From IMG/VR virus record IMGVR_UViG_3300036770_001413, positions 1 through 64,000 of that record: a stretch of DNA of 64,000 nt; one strand, 5' to 3'. The position numbers were made by a program, and so were the translations under genes. How positions within the stretch are numbered: the first letter of the stretch is position 1; each line of letters begins with the position of its first letter. The DNA is from a virus. Below are positions 1-8,299 of this stretch, piece by piece. The notes under the pieces were generated by a model. The model ran no database searches and had not been told where the DNA came from. It worked only from the letters and a program-made list of their open reading frames with translations.

Positions 1-27
1 ACTGGCACTGTCTCTCCTAAATTTTAA

Positions 28-57
28 TGAGCAGTTTATACACATGCTCAGGTGTAT
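28..57 (-). ncRNA. Compact H-type pseudoknot in the 5' leader of the gene that runs off the left edge (GTG at 8, M-P-V..., SD AGGAGA at 13-18)
   Basis: Minus-strand RNA AUACAC-C-UGAGCA-U-GUGUAU-AAAC-UGCUCA: stem 1 AUACAC/GUGUAU (6 bp), stem 2 UGAGCA/UGCUCA (6 bp), 1-nt loop 1. A second hairpin UGUCCAU-guag-AUGGACA lies at 82-99. Confidence 0.6.
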
Positions 58-104
58 CCTAAGGCGTAACTATTCGGCCCGTGTCCATCTACATGGACAG
101 AACC

Positions 105-112
105 ATTATACC
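105..112 (-). promoter_or_regulatory. -10 element (ggTATAAT) driving the pseudoknot-containing leader
   Basis: TATAAT directly after the hsp20 stop codon; same motif recurs in most intergenic gaps of the window. Confidence 0.55.
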
Positions 113-532
113 TTATTTGACCTTGATTGTCTTTGGCTTTTTGTCTTCTGGAATTAGACGATCTACATCAATGTGTAGCATGCCATTTTTAAATTCCGCT
201 CCGACTACCTCCATATATTCACCAAGCGCAAATGTGCGTGTAAATTTACGGGCGGCAATTCCTTTGTGAAGAACTTCTCCAGTCTCTTCTGTAGTAACTT
301 CACCCTTAACAATAAGAGTCTGATTATCTACTGAGACCTCAATATCCTTCTTATCAAATCCTGCCACCGCCAAAGATACACGATATGAATCTTCATCTAC
401 CTTGACAATATTGTATGGCGGGAAAGACTGGGCCGTAGCCTCACGATGGATATTGTTTAGTCTTTCTACTTCACGATTGAAGCCAATAAAAAATGGATCT
501 CTAAAAAGATCCATAGCAAATGTTGTTACCAT
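113..532 (-). CDS. hsp20: Small heat-shock protein, Hsp20/IbpA family
   Basis: FPPYNI...LAVAGF...LHKGIAARKFTRTF...NGMLHI alpha-crystallin signature; SD AAGGAGG. Confidence 0.95.
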   Translation of the reverse strand: MVTTFAMDLFRDPFFIGFNREVERLNNIHREATAQSFPPYNIVKVDEDSYRVSLAVAGFDKKDIEVSVDNQTLIVKGEVTTEETGEVLHKGIAARKFTRTFALGEYMEVVGAEFKNGMLHIDVDRLIPEDKKPKTIKVK

Positions 533-560
533 TTTATTCCTCCTTTAAGCGAATAAATTA

Positions 561-600
561 ATATGTGGGCCCCTATTGGCGACCCACATATATTATAGCA
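561..600 (-). promoter_or_regulatory. Extended -10 promoter (TGCTATAAT, 592-600) followed by 5'-terminal hairpin of the hsp20 leader
   Basis: ATATGTGGG...CCCACATAT inverted repeat at 561-591 just downstream of TGcTATAAT. Confidence 0.65.
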
Positions 601-617
601 AATTAGATTTTTTAAGT

Positions 618-800
618 CTAGTAAATTTTCTTCTTCTTGTCGTGCATCTTTTTCTCATCCGCCTCTGAGGCATATAAGGCCCTTAGTTGGGCAGAGGCTG
701 CTGATTTTCCTGCATGACATCCTACTAATTCGTTTGATCCCTGCTTTACTACAGCATATCCTTTGCATCCTGCAAAGTTTTGTTTAATTTCCCAAGGCAT
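618..800 (-). CDS. Small conserved phage protein (GxAVVK...GCH...A..QL.ALY motif)
   Basis: SD AGGAG; motif resembles short domains often attached to phage head-maturation proteins (recall, unverified). Confidence 0.6.
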   Translation of the reverse strand: MPWEIKQNFAGCKGYAVVKQGSNELVGCHAGKSAASAQLRALYASEADEKKMHDKKKKIY

Positions 801-809
801 TTTATTCTC

Positions 810-1127
810 CTAATTGTTAGGGGGTTCTGGTAGATTCATTTCTATCAGCCCCATTTCTTTTGCGATCTTTTGTCCTTCTGGACTGATGTGAAGCATAGCT
901 TCAAGATTCTCATCATATTCTACTTGCAATAAACCTTTTTCGTAAAGCTGCATAAGAGATTCGTCTACATATCTAATGTGGGCTTCCCAAAGTTCTGGTG
1001 CAATTTCTTTTGCCTTATCCTCAATGGCGTAAATAATTTCTCCATTTTCGTCCATGCCTGCTAAACTGATGGCACCAATTTCTAGATAATGTTCCAACTG
1101 CATTTCGTCTTCTCTATCCTCGTCCAT
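810..1127 (-). CDS. Hypothetical acidic protein, possible winged-helix
   Basis: ORF with SD AAGGA; L..KGLL.V...ISPEG pattern. Confidence 0.6.
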   Translation of the reverse strand: MDEDREDEMQLEHYLEIGAISLAGMDENGEIIYAIEDKAKEIAPELWEAHIRYVDESLMQLYEKGLLQVEYDENLEAMLHISPEGQKIAKEMGLIEMNLPEPPNN

Positions 1128-1147
1128 TTTTATCCTTTTGGATAAGA

Positions 1148-1399
1148 CTATTGTATAGTCCCGTCCTCGTTTTTGTCAATGGTCGTTTCCACTAACTGCT
1201 GAACATAGTCAGAAAAATGCTTTCTGATACTACCAGGTGGCCTCGATCCAAGAGATTTCCACAGTCTCTTATATTCTATCACATTTGAGAATGTTGTTGG
1301 GCATAACGTGTTTCCCTCATACTCTTTTAGTACAGTAGGAAGGGGCACATGCTTACCACAACACTTACATTCTTTTGCTCTTTCTTGATATATGCTCAT
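1148..1399 (-). CDS. Hypothetical Cys-containing protein
   Basis: ATGA coupling to terL; CKCC...CPT. Confidence 0.6.
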   Translation of the reverse strand: MSIYQERAKECKCCGKHVPLPTVLKEYEGNTLCPTTFSNVIEYKRLWKSLGSRPPGSIRKHFSDYVQQLVETTIDKNEDGTIQ

Positions 1400-3198
1400 A
1401 GTATCTCCATACCCTCTAAAGCGTCTGCCAATTTTGAAGGCATTCTTGGCGGCCTAACCATATTTAATACAATTTCATCTTGCTCTTTTGATGGCCTACG
1501 CATTAATGAGTCGTAGGTATGCACATCAATTTCTTCATTACTTTCAAATCTAGTTCTACTTATAGCATTATATATAGACCCACAAACTGCATCCGCCAAG
1601 TCTTTTGATCCTTTTCTTGGATGGTCTACCCTGTCCCTCATAATTCTAAGTTGTAGGAGCTCATCAATTAAAAGCTTGATGTGTGGCCCGCTCAACCTAT
1701 CTTCAGCTATAACCATTGCCATATCATCATAATGTTTTTTAGCTACAGACAAAGTTTCTGTATTAATACCATATTGTTTAAGTTGTTGCATCATGTCATG
1801 AGAATTCCAACGGTCAAATGTACAAACACGAATCTTAAATCCTTTTGTTCTTAAAGATAATATATAGTCTTTAACTTCTGTAAAGTCTACAGATTTATCT
1901 GAAGTTGGTGTCCAGTATCTTACTGCGTCAACTTCTACAATTGGAGCGGGCTGTGAATAAGTATCGGTCACTTTAACATTAACCCATTTCTGAACATGTG
2001 CCATAGCCACAGCACAATGGTCATGCTTTTGAGCAAGATCTACATGTATAAAATATTCTTTATCTGGGTCTGGCGAAAACCAGTTTTCAAATCTACCAAA
2101 ATTATCTACGGCTAAGGACATATTATTAAATGCCCGCTCAACCTTCTCACGAGATTTAAAAAATGCATCAATTGCTTCTGATGGCATACATGCAAATCTT
2201 CCCATGGCATCTGGCATGTTCTTATAAAATTCTACTTTGAAGTTATCTATTGTTTTAGTTGGATTGACTTCCCACGTAGGTCTTTTCAATGCATAAACTT
2301 TAGGTATCTTGTAGGAGATAATATTATCTTCCTCCCACTCCACCTCAATTTCATTTCCCTCTGTACCGTCTGGTAGTCCTTCGTCCATCTTCAAGACTTT
2401 ATTTCTTACGATTACTTCTTTTTCAGCTATAACAGAATCATAGAACTTTTGTATTGGATCATTCTTAAAACGGGGAAAGGACAAAAGAATAACCTTACCG
2501 TAGTCTGGAAAACGTGAAACTACAGATCCTCTATACATATCGTATATTGCATCTGCTGTTTTTGCTTGGTCATGCCCCGTCGTATTCTCTGTGGCAAAGC
2601 CTGAAATTTCATCAAGGATAACTGCTATTACGTTATACCCTTCCCACGCCTCACGCTCAGAGTGACCAGAGTGAACAGTTATTGCCTTATTAAATTTCAT
2701 CTCAGAAGCCTTTGCTTCATACTTACCAATAAACCAAGGTGATCTTTCTATTCTTGTTTTGAATCCTTTAAAGAAAACATTGTTTGCTTGCTGTGCGTTA
2801 ATAGCAATGTTAAGAATATCTATGGAATCTCCAGGGGGTTTACCATAATATGTTGCTGGATCTTTCAGGCAAAGCAAGAGATAAACCATGTAAGATACTG
2901 CAATTGTTGAGCAGTAATCTTTGCCGCTACCTTTTCCTAGTTGTGCAATTACTTCGTTACAGGTTTGCTTAAAGCGACGTCGGCCTTCTTCTTCTCCAAA
3001 TAATTTAATAAGAGTGGATTCTTTATAGATCTGAGAGCTTTTTTCGATGAGCGTATGTTGGTACTCCGAAAGTGGCGGGAGTCCAAGGTAATTTGCTCCT
3101 GTGACAAATGTTCGTAAGTCGACTGGTCTTTCATCAAATTCCTCTCCGTCTAGGATATCAATGAGATCTGAAAAATCAAGATCCACTAGCTTCCTCAA
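1396..3198 (-). CDS. terL: Terminase large subunit (likely start GTG 3186)
   Basis: Walker A GKGSGKD, Walker B VILDE, RNase H-like nuclease HVDLA...FDRWNS...DHP..GSKDLADA. Confidence 0.93.
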   Translation of the reverse strand: MRKLVDLDFSDLIDILDGEEFDERPVDLRTFVTGANYLGLPPLSEYQHTLIEKSSQIYKESTLIKLFGEEEGRRRFKQTCNEVIAQLGKGSGKDYCSTIAVSYMVYLLLCLKDPATYYGKPPGDSIDILNIAINAQQANNVFFKGFKTRIERSPWFIGKYEAKASEMKFNKAITVHSGHSEREAWEGYNVIAVILDEISGFATENTTGHDQAKTADAIYDMYRGSVVSRFPDYGKVILLSFPRFKNDPIQKFYDSVIAEKEVIVRNKVLKMDEGLPDGTEGNEIEVEWEEDNIISYKIPKVYALKRPTWEVNPTKTIDNFKVEFYKNMPDAMGRFACMPSEAIDAFFKSREKVERAFNNMSLAVDNFGRFENWFSPDPDKEYFIHVDLAQKHDHCAVAMAHVQKWVNVKVTDTYSQPAPIVEVDAVRYWTPTSDKSVDFTEVKDYILSLRTKGFKIRVCTFDRWNSHDMMQQLKQYGINTETLSVAKKHYDDMAMVIAEDRLSGPHIKLLIDELLQLRIMRDRVDHPRKGSKDLADAVCGSIYNAISRTRFESNEEIDVHTYDSLMRRPSKEQDEIVLNMVRPPRMPSKLADALEGMEIL

Positions 3199-3712
3199 TT
3201 ATCTCTATAGGTTCTACAACTCCAGTTATCTGTGCAAGTCTACGCATAATTTCTTTTCTTACTTGCGGATATTCTGCTGAGACATCCTTTAGTATACCAA
3301 CCAAAATTTCTTGCTTTCGTTCCGTCTCCGCAATTTGATTTGCCAATTCCACATTGTCCAATAGACCAACCTCTTGCAACATGCCAATTCTTTTGCCTTC
3401 AATATCTGCAATTAATTTTAGGGCGGTAGCCTTGACGTTTAATTGACCTGCTTGATCTGCGTCCTCTACGGTCTTCCACGCCTCTTTAATAAGCATAGCG
3501 TAGTGTTGGTCTGCTCCAGAGATGGCCTGTTTTGCCCTTTCACGGGCCCCAGAATCGTTTTTAACGACCTCTTTCCACTCATCTATATACCCTAACACTT
3601 CTGCCCGCTTAAAACCCGTCAGGGCGGCAATCTGGGTAGGGTTATTTCCCTTAAGTAATTCCTCAACAACCTTATTCATTCGATCAAAATGATCAGCTAA
3701 TTCAATGTCCAT
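3176..3712 (-). CDS. terS: Probable terminase small subunit (N-terminal HTH plus helical oligomerisation region)
   Basis: Immediately upstream of terL, PTQIAALTGFKRAEV HTH, coiled-coil C-terminus. Confidence 0.7.
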   Translation of the reverse strand: MDIELADHFDRMNKVVEELLKGNNPTQIAALTGFKRAEVLGYIDEWKEVVKNDSGARERAKQAISGADQHYAMLIKEAWKTVEDADQAGQLNVKATALKLIADIEGKRIGMLQEVGLLDNVELANQIAETERKQEILVGILKDVSAEYPQVRKEIMRRLAQITGVVEPIEIIEEASGS

Positions 3713-3720
3713 ATGTAACC

Positions 3721-3737
3721 ATTGTACTCTTAGTCAA
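3721..3737 (-). promoter_or_regulatory. Promoter TTGACTAA-gag-TACAAT, 8 nt upstream of terS ATG (leaderless-type)
   Basis: No SD before terS; -10 at 3721-3726. Confidence 0.55.
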
Positions 3738-3745
3738 CTAAAATA

Positions 3746-4069
3746 TCAAATGGATTTAGCGACTTTTAGTAATATTAAATATCCAATTAAATCATCGATA
3801 TCATTATCGCCTGGATATTCGGTGCCTTTCATTAATCTATTTAATTTATCGTCAATTCTGACATGGAGCTGTTCTCTTGGTCCCGCCTTCGAAAATATAC
3901 GCACAGGGTCTAGGGCTGAATTGCCGTAGGCAATATTCTTCTTGACTAGCATGTGTGCAATTTCATGGCAGGTTTCAAATATCTCTTTGCCTGCTTCTGT
4001 GCCTACAGTTAATAAATATAAATCTTCACATTTAAACTGTGGTGAGTCTGGGAAAACTGGTTCAAGCAT
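3746..4069 (-). CDS. DUF1599 / nucleotide-modification-associated domain 1-like protein (all-alpha NTP-PPase-like)
   Basis: KKN.AYG.S...RIDDKLNRL...DD..DLIGYLIL motif. Confidence 0.7.
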   Translation of the reverse strand: MLEPVFPDSPQFKCEDLYLLTVGTEAGKEIFETCHEIAHMLVKKNIAYGNSALDPVRIFSKAGPREQLHVRIDDKLNRLMKGTEYPGDNDIDDLIGYLILLKVAKSI

Positions 4070-4730
4070 TATCCATCTCCTTATATAAATTCTTTAGTCC
4101 TCTTAGCGTTCCAATATCCATATATCGTCCGCCTGGTCTTACCGCCCTAATATTTGTGCTTTCAGATATCCATTCCTTTAATTGTTTTCCTGGATGGTCT
4201 AATTTAGGATCTAGGTATCTTATCATATTTTTTCGGAATAGCATAGTCCCCCACATATCTGGGTAGTCACAATTATCTACCTTATCTTCAGATGCAATTA
4301 CCCTGCCATCAGAAACTTTAACCTGTCCGACCCTGCCTTTTAATTCATCACCACATTCCCATATGCCAAGAACTAAATCAGCCTTATCTTCTTTCATCAT
4401 TTCTTTATATATATTGCCTGTAGCATTTAAAATATATGTATCTGGCATTCCAACAAATACTGTGTCATTATATTCGCCAATCATAAATTTAATTGCATCA
4501 GACATTGTTGATGGCTCACGAACAATTAACTTAATGTTCATATCCATATTTTGTACAATTGGAACCCACTCTGGTCTTGTAGCTACACGTACTTCATCGC
4601 AAACTTCAAGCATTTGCTCTACATGCCATTGCAACAAAGATCTTTCATCTGATATTGGTAGACAAAACTTTGGGATGCCTCCAATTCTTGACGCTTTTCC
4701 AGAAGCAGGCAATACACCTATTCTATGCAT
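4062..4730 (-). CDS. Sugar-phosphate nucleotidyltransferase (RmlA/glucose-1-P thymidylyltransferase-like)
   Basis: LPASGKASRIGGIPKFCLPI N-terminal motif, GMPD, C-terminal YMDIGT; start moved to TAATG-coupled ATG at 4730. Confidence 0.85.
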   Translation of the reverse strand: MHRIGVLPASGKASRIGGIPKFCLPISDERSLLQWHVEQMLEVCDEVRVATRPEWVPIVQNMDMNIKLIVREPSTMSDAIKFMIGEYNDTVFVGMPDTYILNATGNIYKEMMKEDKADLVLGIWECGDELKGRVGQVKVSDGRVIASEDKVDNCDYPDMWGTMLFRKNMIRYLDPKLDHPGKQLKEWISESTNIRAVRPGGRYMDIGTLRGLKNLYKEMDNA

Positions 4731-5485
4731 TATTTTTCCCAATCATGAGGATTGAAGCCGTTTGGGTAAGACTGATTGACCATTGGATCCTTTTTCCATG
4801 CAATCCATCCTTCTTCTCTATCATCTCCCCAATACAGGTGAACAACATCTTTATCCAATAGGCGCTTTGCATTCTCGCCGTGAAAAATATAAACTTTATT
4901 TTCTTTTAGATATGGCATTTCAATAAGTTCTGGCGCCCATTCATTAATATGTTTTTGATAAGGCTCTACTCCAAGTTCACGATATAAAGCATCTGTGAAC
5001 ATTTGAACATCAGTATAATAATGAACCATATGGTTATGCTGAATAATTCCGTCTCCAACTCGTTCAACACATAGGTCTATAGCTGCTTTAAGTAGAGGAT
5101 GTCCCGCTTTAGCCGCAATTGTTTGTGTAGCAAGCCATGGGGTGTCCCGCTCTATATCAAGAATCATATCGTAATCTTGATTAAGCCATGTATCTACTGG
5201 GACCTTGCAGTGAGTATCCATGTCGGCATAAATTCCTCCATAGATATAAAGAATCGCAAATCTCCAAAGTCCAGCCTTCATAACACCTAGTGGAAGATTG
5301 ATATATGTGTCTGCTATTTTAGAATCAAAATTATTCTTAAAAAACTCTTCTCTATCTAGGCCGCTCATATATCCATGCTTCCAGTCGGGGTTATTTGCAG
5401 TCCATGTGCCTATACTCTTTTTAGCATAGTCTGGCAGCGCATCATAATTTGTTTCATATGTTTGCCATATATTTTTTTCTATCAT
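4730..5485 (-). CDS. DXD glycosyltransferase, GT32/OCH1-like sugar-binding family
   Basis: IEKNIWQTY...W...NPDW...RFAILYIYGGIYADMD. Confidence 0.88.
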   Translation of the reverse strand: MIEKNIWQTYETNYDALPDYAKKSIGTWTANNPDWKHGYMSGLDREEFFKNNFDSKIADTYINLPLGVMKAGLWRFAILYIYGGIYADMDTHCKVPVDTWLNQDYDMILDIERDTPWLATQTIAAKAGHPLLKAAIDLCVERVGDGIIQHNHMVHYYTDVQMFTDALYRELGVEPYQKHINEWAPELIEMPYLKENKVYIFHGENAKRLLDKDVVHLYWGDDREEGWIAWKKDPMVNQSYPNGFNPHDWEK

Positions 5486-5622
5486 TTGATTAGTCCATTA
5501 TCTTTCAATGCTCTGTATATGGTCATTACCGTAACGCCACATTCTTTTGCAATCTCTTCCATAGTCTTACGCTGAACTACATAACGTCTATACAACCAGT
5601 CTTTACTCTTGTATAATTTCAT
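5482..5622 (-). CDS. 46-aa HTH DNA-binding protein (not in ORF track)
   Basis: MKLYKSKDWLYRRYVVQRKTMEEIAKECGVTVMTIYRALKDNGLIK; ATGA-coupled at both ends. Confidence 0.8.
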   Translation of the reverse strand: MKLYKSKDWLYRRYVVQRKTMEEIAKECGVTVMTIYRALKDNGLIK

Positions 5623-6185
5623 CGTTCCGTTAATACCTTATTAGCATAATGAGCAATTCCAAATGAATCTGCTACATCGTAGTCTGTTAATGAAAGATTG
5701 TATTTGTTGTTGAAGTAGTCAACTGTTCTTTGTTTACGCATATTACGTAGCTGAGTTTTATACCAAGAGTCTGCATATCCTGGATTGTTTACTCTAATAG
5801 CCGCCTTTTCTTCTTTGGTTGGGTTCTTATTTCCGATATATGCCTGCCAAGAACTAGGGGATATAGTAATAACGGAAGCGCCAGTAGACATAAGCTCAGC
5901 GATAACGACACCATATACATAGGATAATTTTATCACGGCATCTGGGGATCTGACAAGGATTGCTCCTTCTACAGCAATATAATCACTCTTTAATTCATCT
6001 AGCATCACAGAAGTTTTAACTTTAGCATCATATATCTTTTCATATATATTAGCCCCAGTTAATTCTATCTTTCCCCATTTGACTGGCTTGTCATCTTCCA
6101 TTAAACAAAATGCGACGGAATTAGTAGAGGCATCTATCCCCAATACTCTATTTGCCTTAGTCTTAATTAAATCAGTTAATTTCAT
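5619..6185 (-). CDS. ruvC: RuvC-like Holliday junction resolvase
   Basis: VLGIDAST, IAVEG, DVADSFGIA catalytic motifs. Confidence 0.85.
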   Translation of the reverse strand: MKLTDLIKTKANRVLGIDASTNSVAFCLMEDDKPVKWGKIELTGANIYEKIYDAKVKTSVMLDELKSDYIAVEGAILVRSPDAVIKLSYVYGVVIAELMSTGASVITISPSSWQAYIGNKNPTKEEKAAIRVNNPGYADSWYKTQLRNMRKQRTVDYFNNKYNLSLTDYDVADSFGIAHYANKVLTER

Positions 6186-6456
6186 CTATCATCCTTAATA
6201 GTTTGGACTTCTGAGAAATGTCTACTTTCTTTTGACATGCCGCACAAATATTAGATTCATTATATCTGCTTAACCTGGAATTACATTTAACGCATGATCT
6301 TTTTGCCCCACTCCTAATTGCTTTCTTCTCATAATACTTTTCCATGATTCTTCTATTTGTGGCAATTCGGCAGCATTCATCTGAGCAATACTTTTGATTA
6401 TGTGTTTTGGGAGTAAACTCTTTGCCATTTGGGCATTCTTTATTTGCACAAATCAT
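6172..6456 (-). CDS. Cys-rich zinc-binding protein
   Basis: CANKEC...QKYCSDEC...CVKC...CAAC; start at TAATG-coupled ATG 6456. Confidence 0.7.
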   Translation of the reverse strand: MICANKECPNGKEFTPKTHNQKYCSDECCRIATNRRIMEKYYEKKAIRSGAKRSCVKCNSRLSRYNESNICAACQKKVDISQKSKLLRMIDEIN

Positions 6457-7238
6457 TACTTGGTAACCTTGTATGCTTCTATCTGTACCGTGCCAGTCTC
6501 GCCCTTCCAGCACTCTTTTTTAATTGGACAACCCTTGCATGCATAACTTGTTTTTTCAAATGGCCTAAGTGGAATATCCCCATCTTTAAAATTGTCATAT
6601 ACTTCGCATAACCATAAAAACAACTCTTCAATTATCTCTTTGTTCTTGGCATTCATTTGAACTGGTATGATAAGAAGCTCTTGAGTATTTTTATTCTCAT
6701 AAAGAAAGAATGCTTCCTTGACATCTTTTAGCTTCATATATGTTAAAAGCTGAAGAAGGTGATTTGCTGAAGGGGCCATCTCTGCCTGCCTTACATCCCA
6801 AACTTCTTGCTTAGCCGTCTTGATTTCTCCAATTACATTCTCATCATCCCAGTTAATTAAAAGATCTATGAATCCTCTGATAGGTGGATACTCGTTCTTT
6901 ATTTCAATTTCTGTTTCTACTGATTTTATTGGCCCGCCCATTTTATGAATTAAATTTTGTATTCTTTCGTGAGCCAAGGTTCCGTTAGCCATATTGGCAA
7001 CTGCCTGTGCATCATTATTATCTACAAAGTTAGCTCCACTAAATGCCATATACCAGTATCTTGGACAATTGCCATGACCATAGCCAAAACTACTTGGGCT
7101 AAAAGTATACTTTGTCATGTCACCATCTGCCCGCTTTGTGGCAAGGTATGCATCATCTAGCATCTTGGCAAATTCTTTTGGATCAAACTTGCCTTCATAC
7201 TTTTTAAATTTTAAATTCTTTACAATTTCTCTAGCCAT
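6456..7238 (-). CDS. Cas4-like PD-(D/E)XK exonuclease with Fe-S cysteines
   Basis: CPRY...G...H, GFIDL...GEIKT, QLLTY, CKGCPIKKEC. Confidence 0.85.
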   Translation of the reverse strand: MAREIVKNLKFKKYEGKFDPKEFAKMLDDAYLATKRADGDMTKYTFSPSSFGYGHGNCPRYWYMAFSGANFVDNNDAQAVANMANGTLAHERIQNLIHKMGGPIKSVETEIEIKNEYPPIRGFIDLLINWDDENVIGEIKTAKQEVWDVRQAEMAPSANHLLQLLTYMKLKDVKEAFFLYENKNTQELLIIPVQMNAKNKEIIEELFLWLCEVYDNFKDGDIPLRPFEKTSYACKGCPIKKECWKGETGTVQIEAYKVTK

Positions 7239-7569
7239 TATAACGAACGATATACTTGAGTGCGTCTACAAGTTTATCTATCGACTCCTTTGCTGAATAA
7301 TATACATTCTTTTTGTTGTTGTTAATTGTGCCAGCTTTATCTTTTGCTATAGTAGAGTATACCGCAGCAAGCATAGAAAACTTTGTAGATAGGGCTTGAA
7401 GTTCTATAATAAGGCTTGGAGCTTTGGCAGGTGGAACATCAGGGCTCATAAGCAGTTTAACTGTGATAGCCAAGGCTTTATCCAAATGCTGATCTTTCAT
7501 ATACTCATGAAGATCATTGAACTCTGTAATATCGCTAATTAGCTGTAAAGAATTTTTATCTTCCGACAT
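7231..7569 (-). CDS. Hypothetical helical protein
   Basis: ORF overlapping both neighbours, SD AAGGAG. Confidence 0.65.
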   Translation of the reverse strand: MSEDKNSLQLISDITEFNDLHEYMKDQHLDKALAITVKLLMSPDVPPAKAPSLIIELQALSTKFSMLAAVYSTIAKDKAGTINNNKKNVYYSAKESIDKLVDALKYIVRYNG

Positions 7570-7666
7570 TTTTAGCTTTCTCCTTTTTGTCTAACTTATC
7601 AATAAATAATCCTAGAGAGTATCCAAATGCAAGACCTATTGTCATACCAAGCATGAATAGTTCCAT
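7556..7666 (-). CDS. 36-aa single-pass membrane peptide (not in ORF track)
   Basis: MELFMLGMTIGLAFGYSLGLFIDKLDKKEKAKNVGR; TGATG-coupled, fills the gap. Confidence 0.65.
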   Translation of the reverse strand: MELFMLGMTIGLAFGYSLGLFIDKLDKKEKAKNVGR

Positions 7667-7821
7667 CAGATAAACCTAGTCACTAGAGCATAGCCAATCC
7701 AAAGACCTACGATTCCCATAAGCCCAGCAAATACTGGTGGCGCAGGGATAGGCAATTTAAATAAACTAAATATGCCTCCAACCATAGCACCTACAAATGT
7801 TGTCATTAAAATTTCTTTCAT
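7666..7821 (-). CDS. XapX-domain (DUF1427) small membrane protein
   Basis: G.IFSLFKLPIPAPP..AGLMGIVG.WIGY signature; SD AAGGAG, ATGA-coupled start at 7821. Confidence 0.8.
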   Translation of the reverse strand: MKEILMTTFVGAMVGGIFSLFKLPIPAPPVFAGLMGIVGLWIGYALVTRFI

Positions 7822-8117
7822 TTGGATTCTCCTTCTATTAACTGTTCCAGTAAAGACCATTCTATTACTGCCAATCTTGTCTTGCTATTTCCCTCGCCTA
7901 TAATTAATTTTAAAACTGGATGCATTGATCTGTTAACCTTAAATGTGTCGGTACAAACCTTTGCCCACATTTCTTTTGAAAGAGCAACAGACTTCTTAGA
8001 CTCTTTATAGTCCACAACAAACTTATTCCAGATAGCATCACCTTTTTGGTAATCCCCCCTGCCACTATTCTTTTGTTGTTTAGCTCCGTCACGCTTAGCT
8101 TCAGATCTTTCTGACAT
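7818..8117 (-). CDS. PD-(D/E)XK nuclease, Hjc/resolvase-like
   Basis: E...NSG...KGDA...VDYKE motif. Confidence 0.65.
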   Translation of the reverse strand: MSERSEAKRDGAKQQKNSGRGDYQKGDAIWNKFVVDYKESKKSVALSKEMWAKVCTDTFKVNRSMHPVLKLIIGEGNSKTRLAVIEWSLLEQLIEGESK

Positions 8118-8299
8118 TAGTTAATCCTATAAGAATTTTTATGATTGTCTGGGCAGGTCCAAGTCATCTCCATAGAAGCCTCATTCCAATAGTAAAATTC
8201 TGAATCCTTATTGCAGGAAGCACACGGTCTAGGCTCTTCAACTTTTTGAAGATTAGGATCTTCTGGCTTTTTGCTAATAAATTCATTAAGATTTGGCAT
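8117..8299 (-). CDS. Small zinc-ribbon protein
   Basis: CASC...WTCPDNH. Confidence 0.6.
   Translation of the reverse strand: MPNLNEFISKKPEDPNLQKVEEPRPCASCNKDSEFYYWNEASMEMTWTCPDNHKNSYRIN

Noticed and set aside
3176-3712. pac/cos site near terS
   Set aside because: No diagnostic repeats visible; needs read-end data
6456-7238. Cas4-like gene suggesting CRISPR-Cas
   Set aside because: Solo Cas4-like nucleases are common in phage recombination modules; no repeat-spacer array or other cas genes seen
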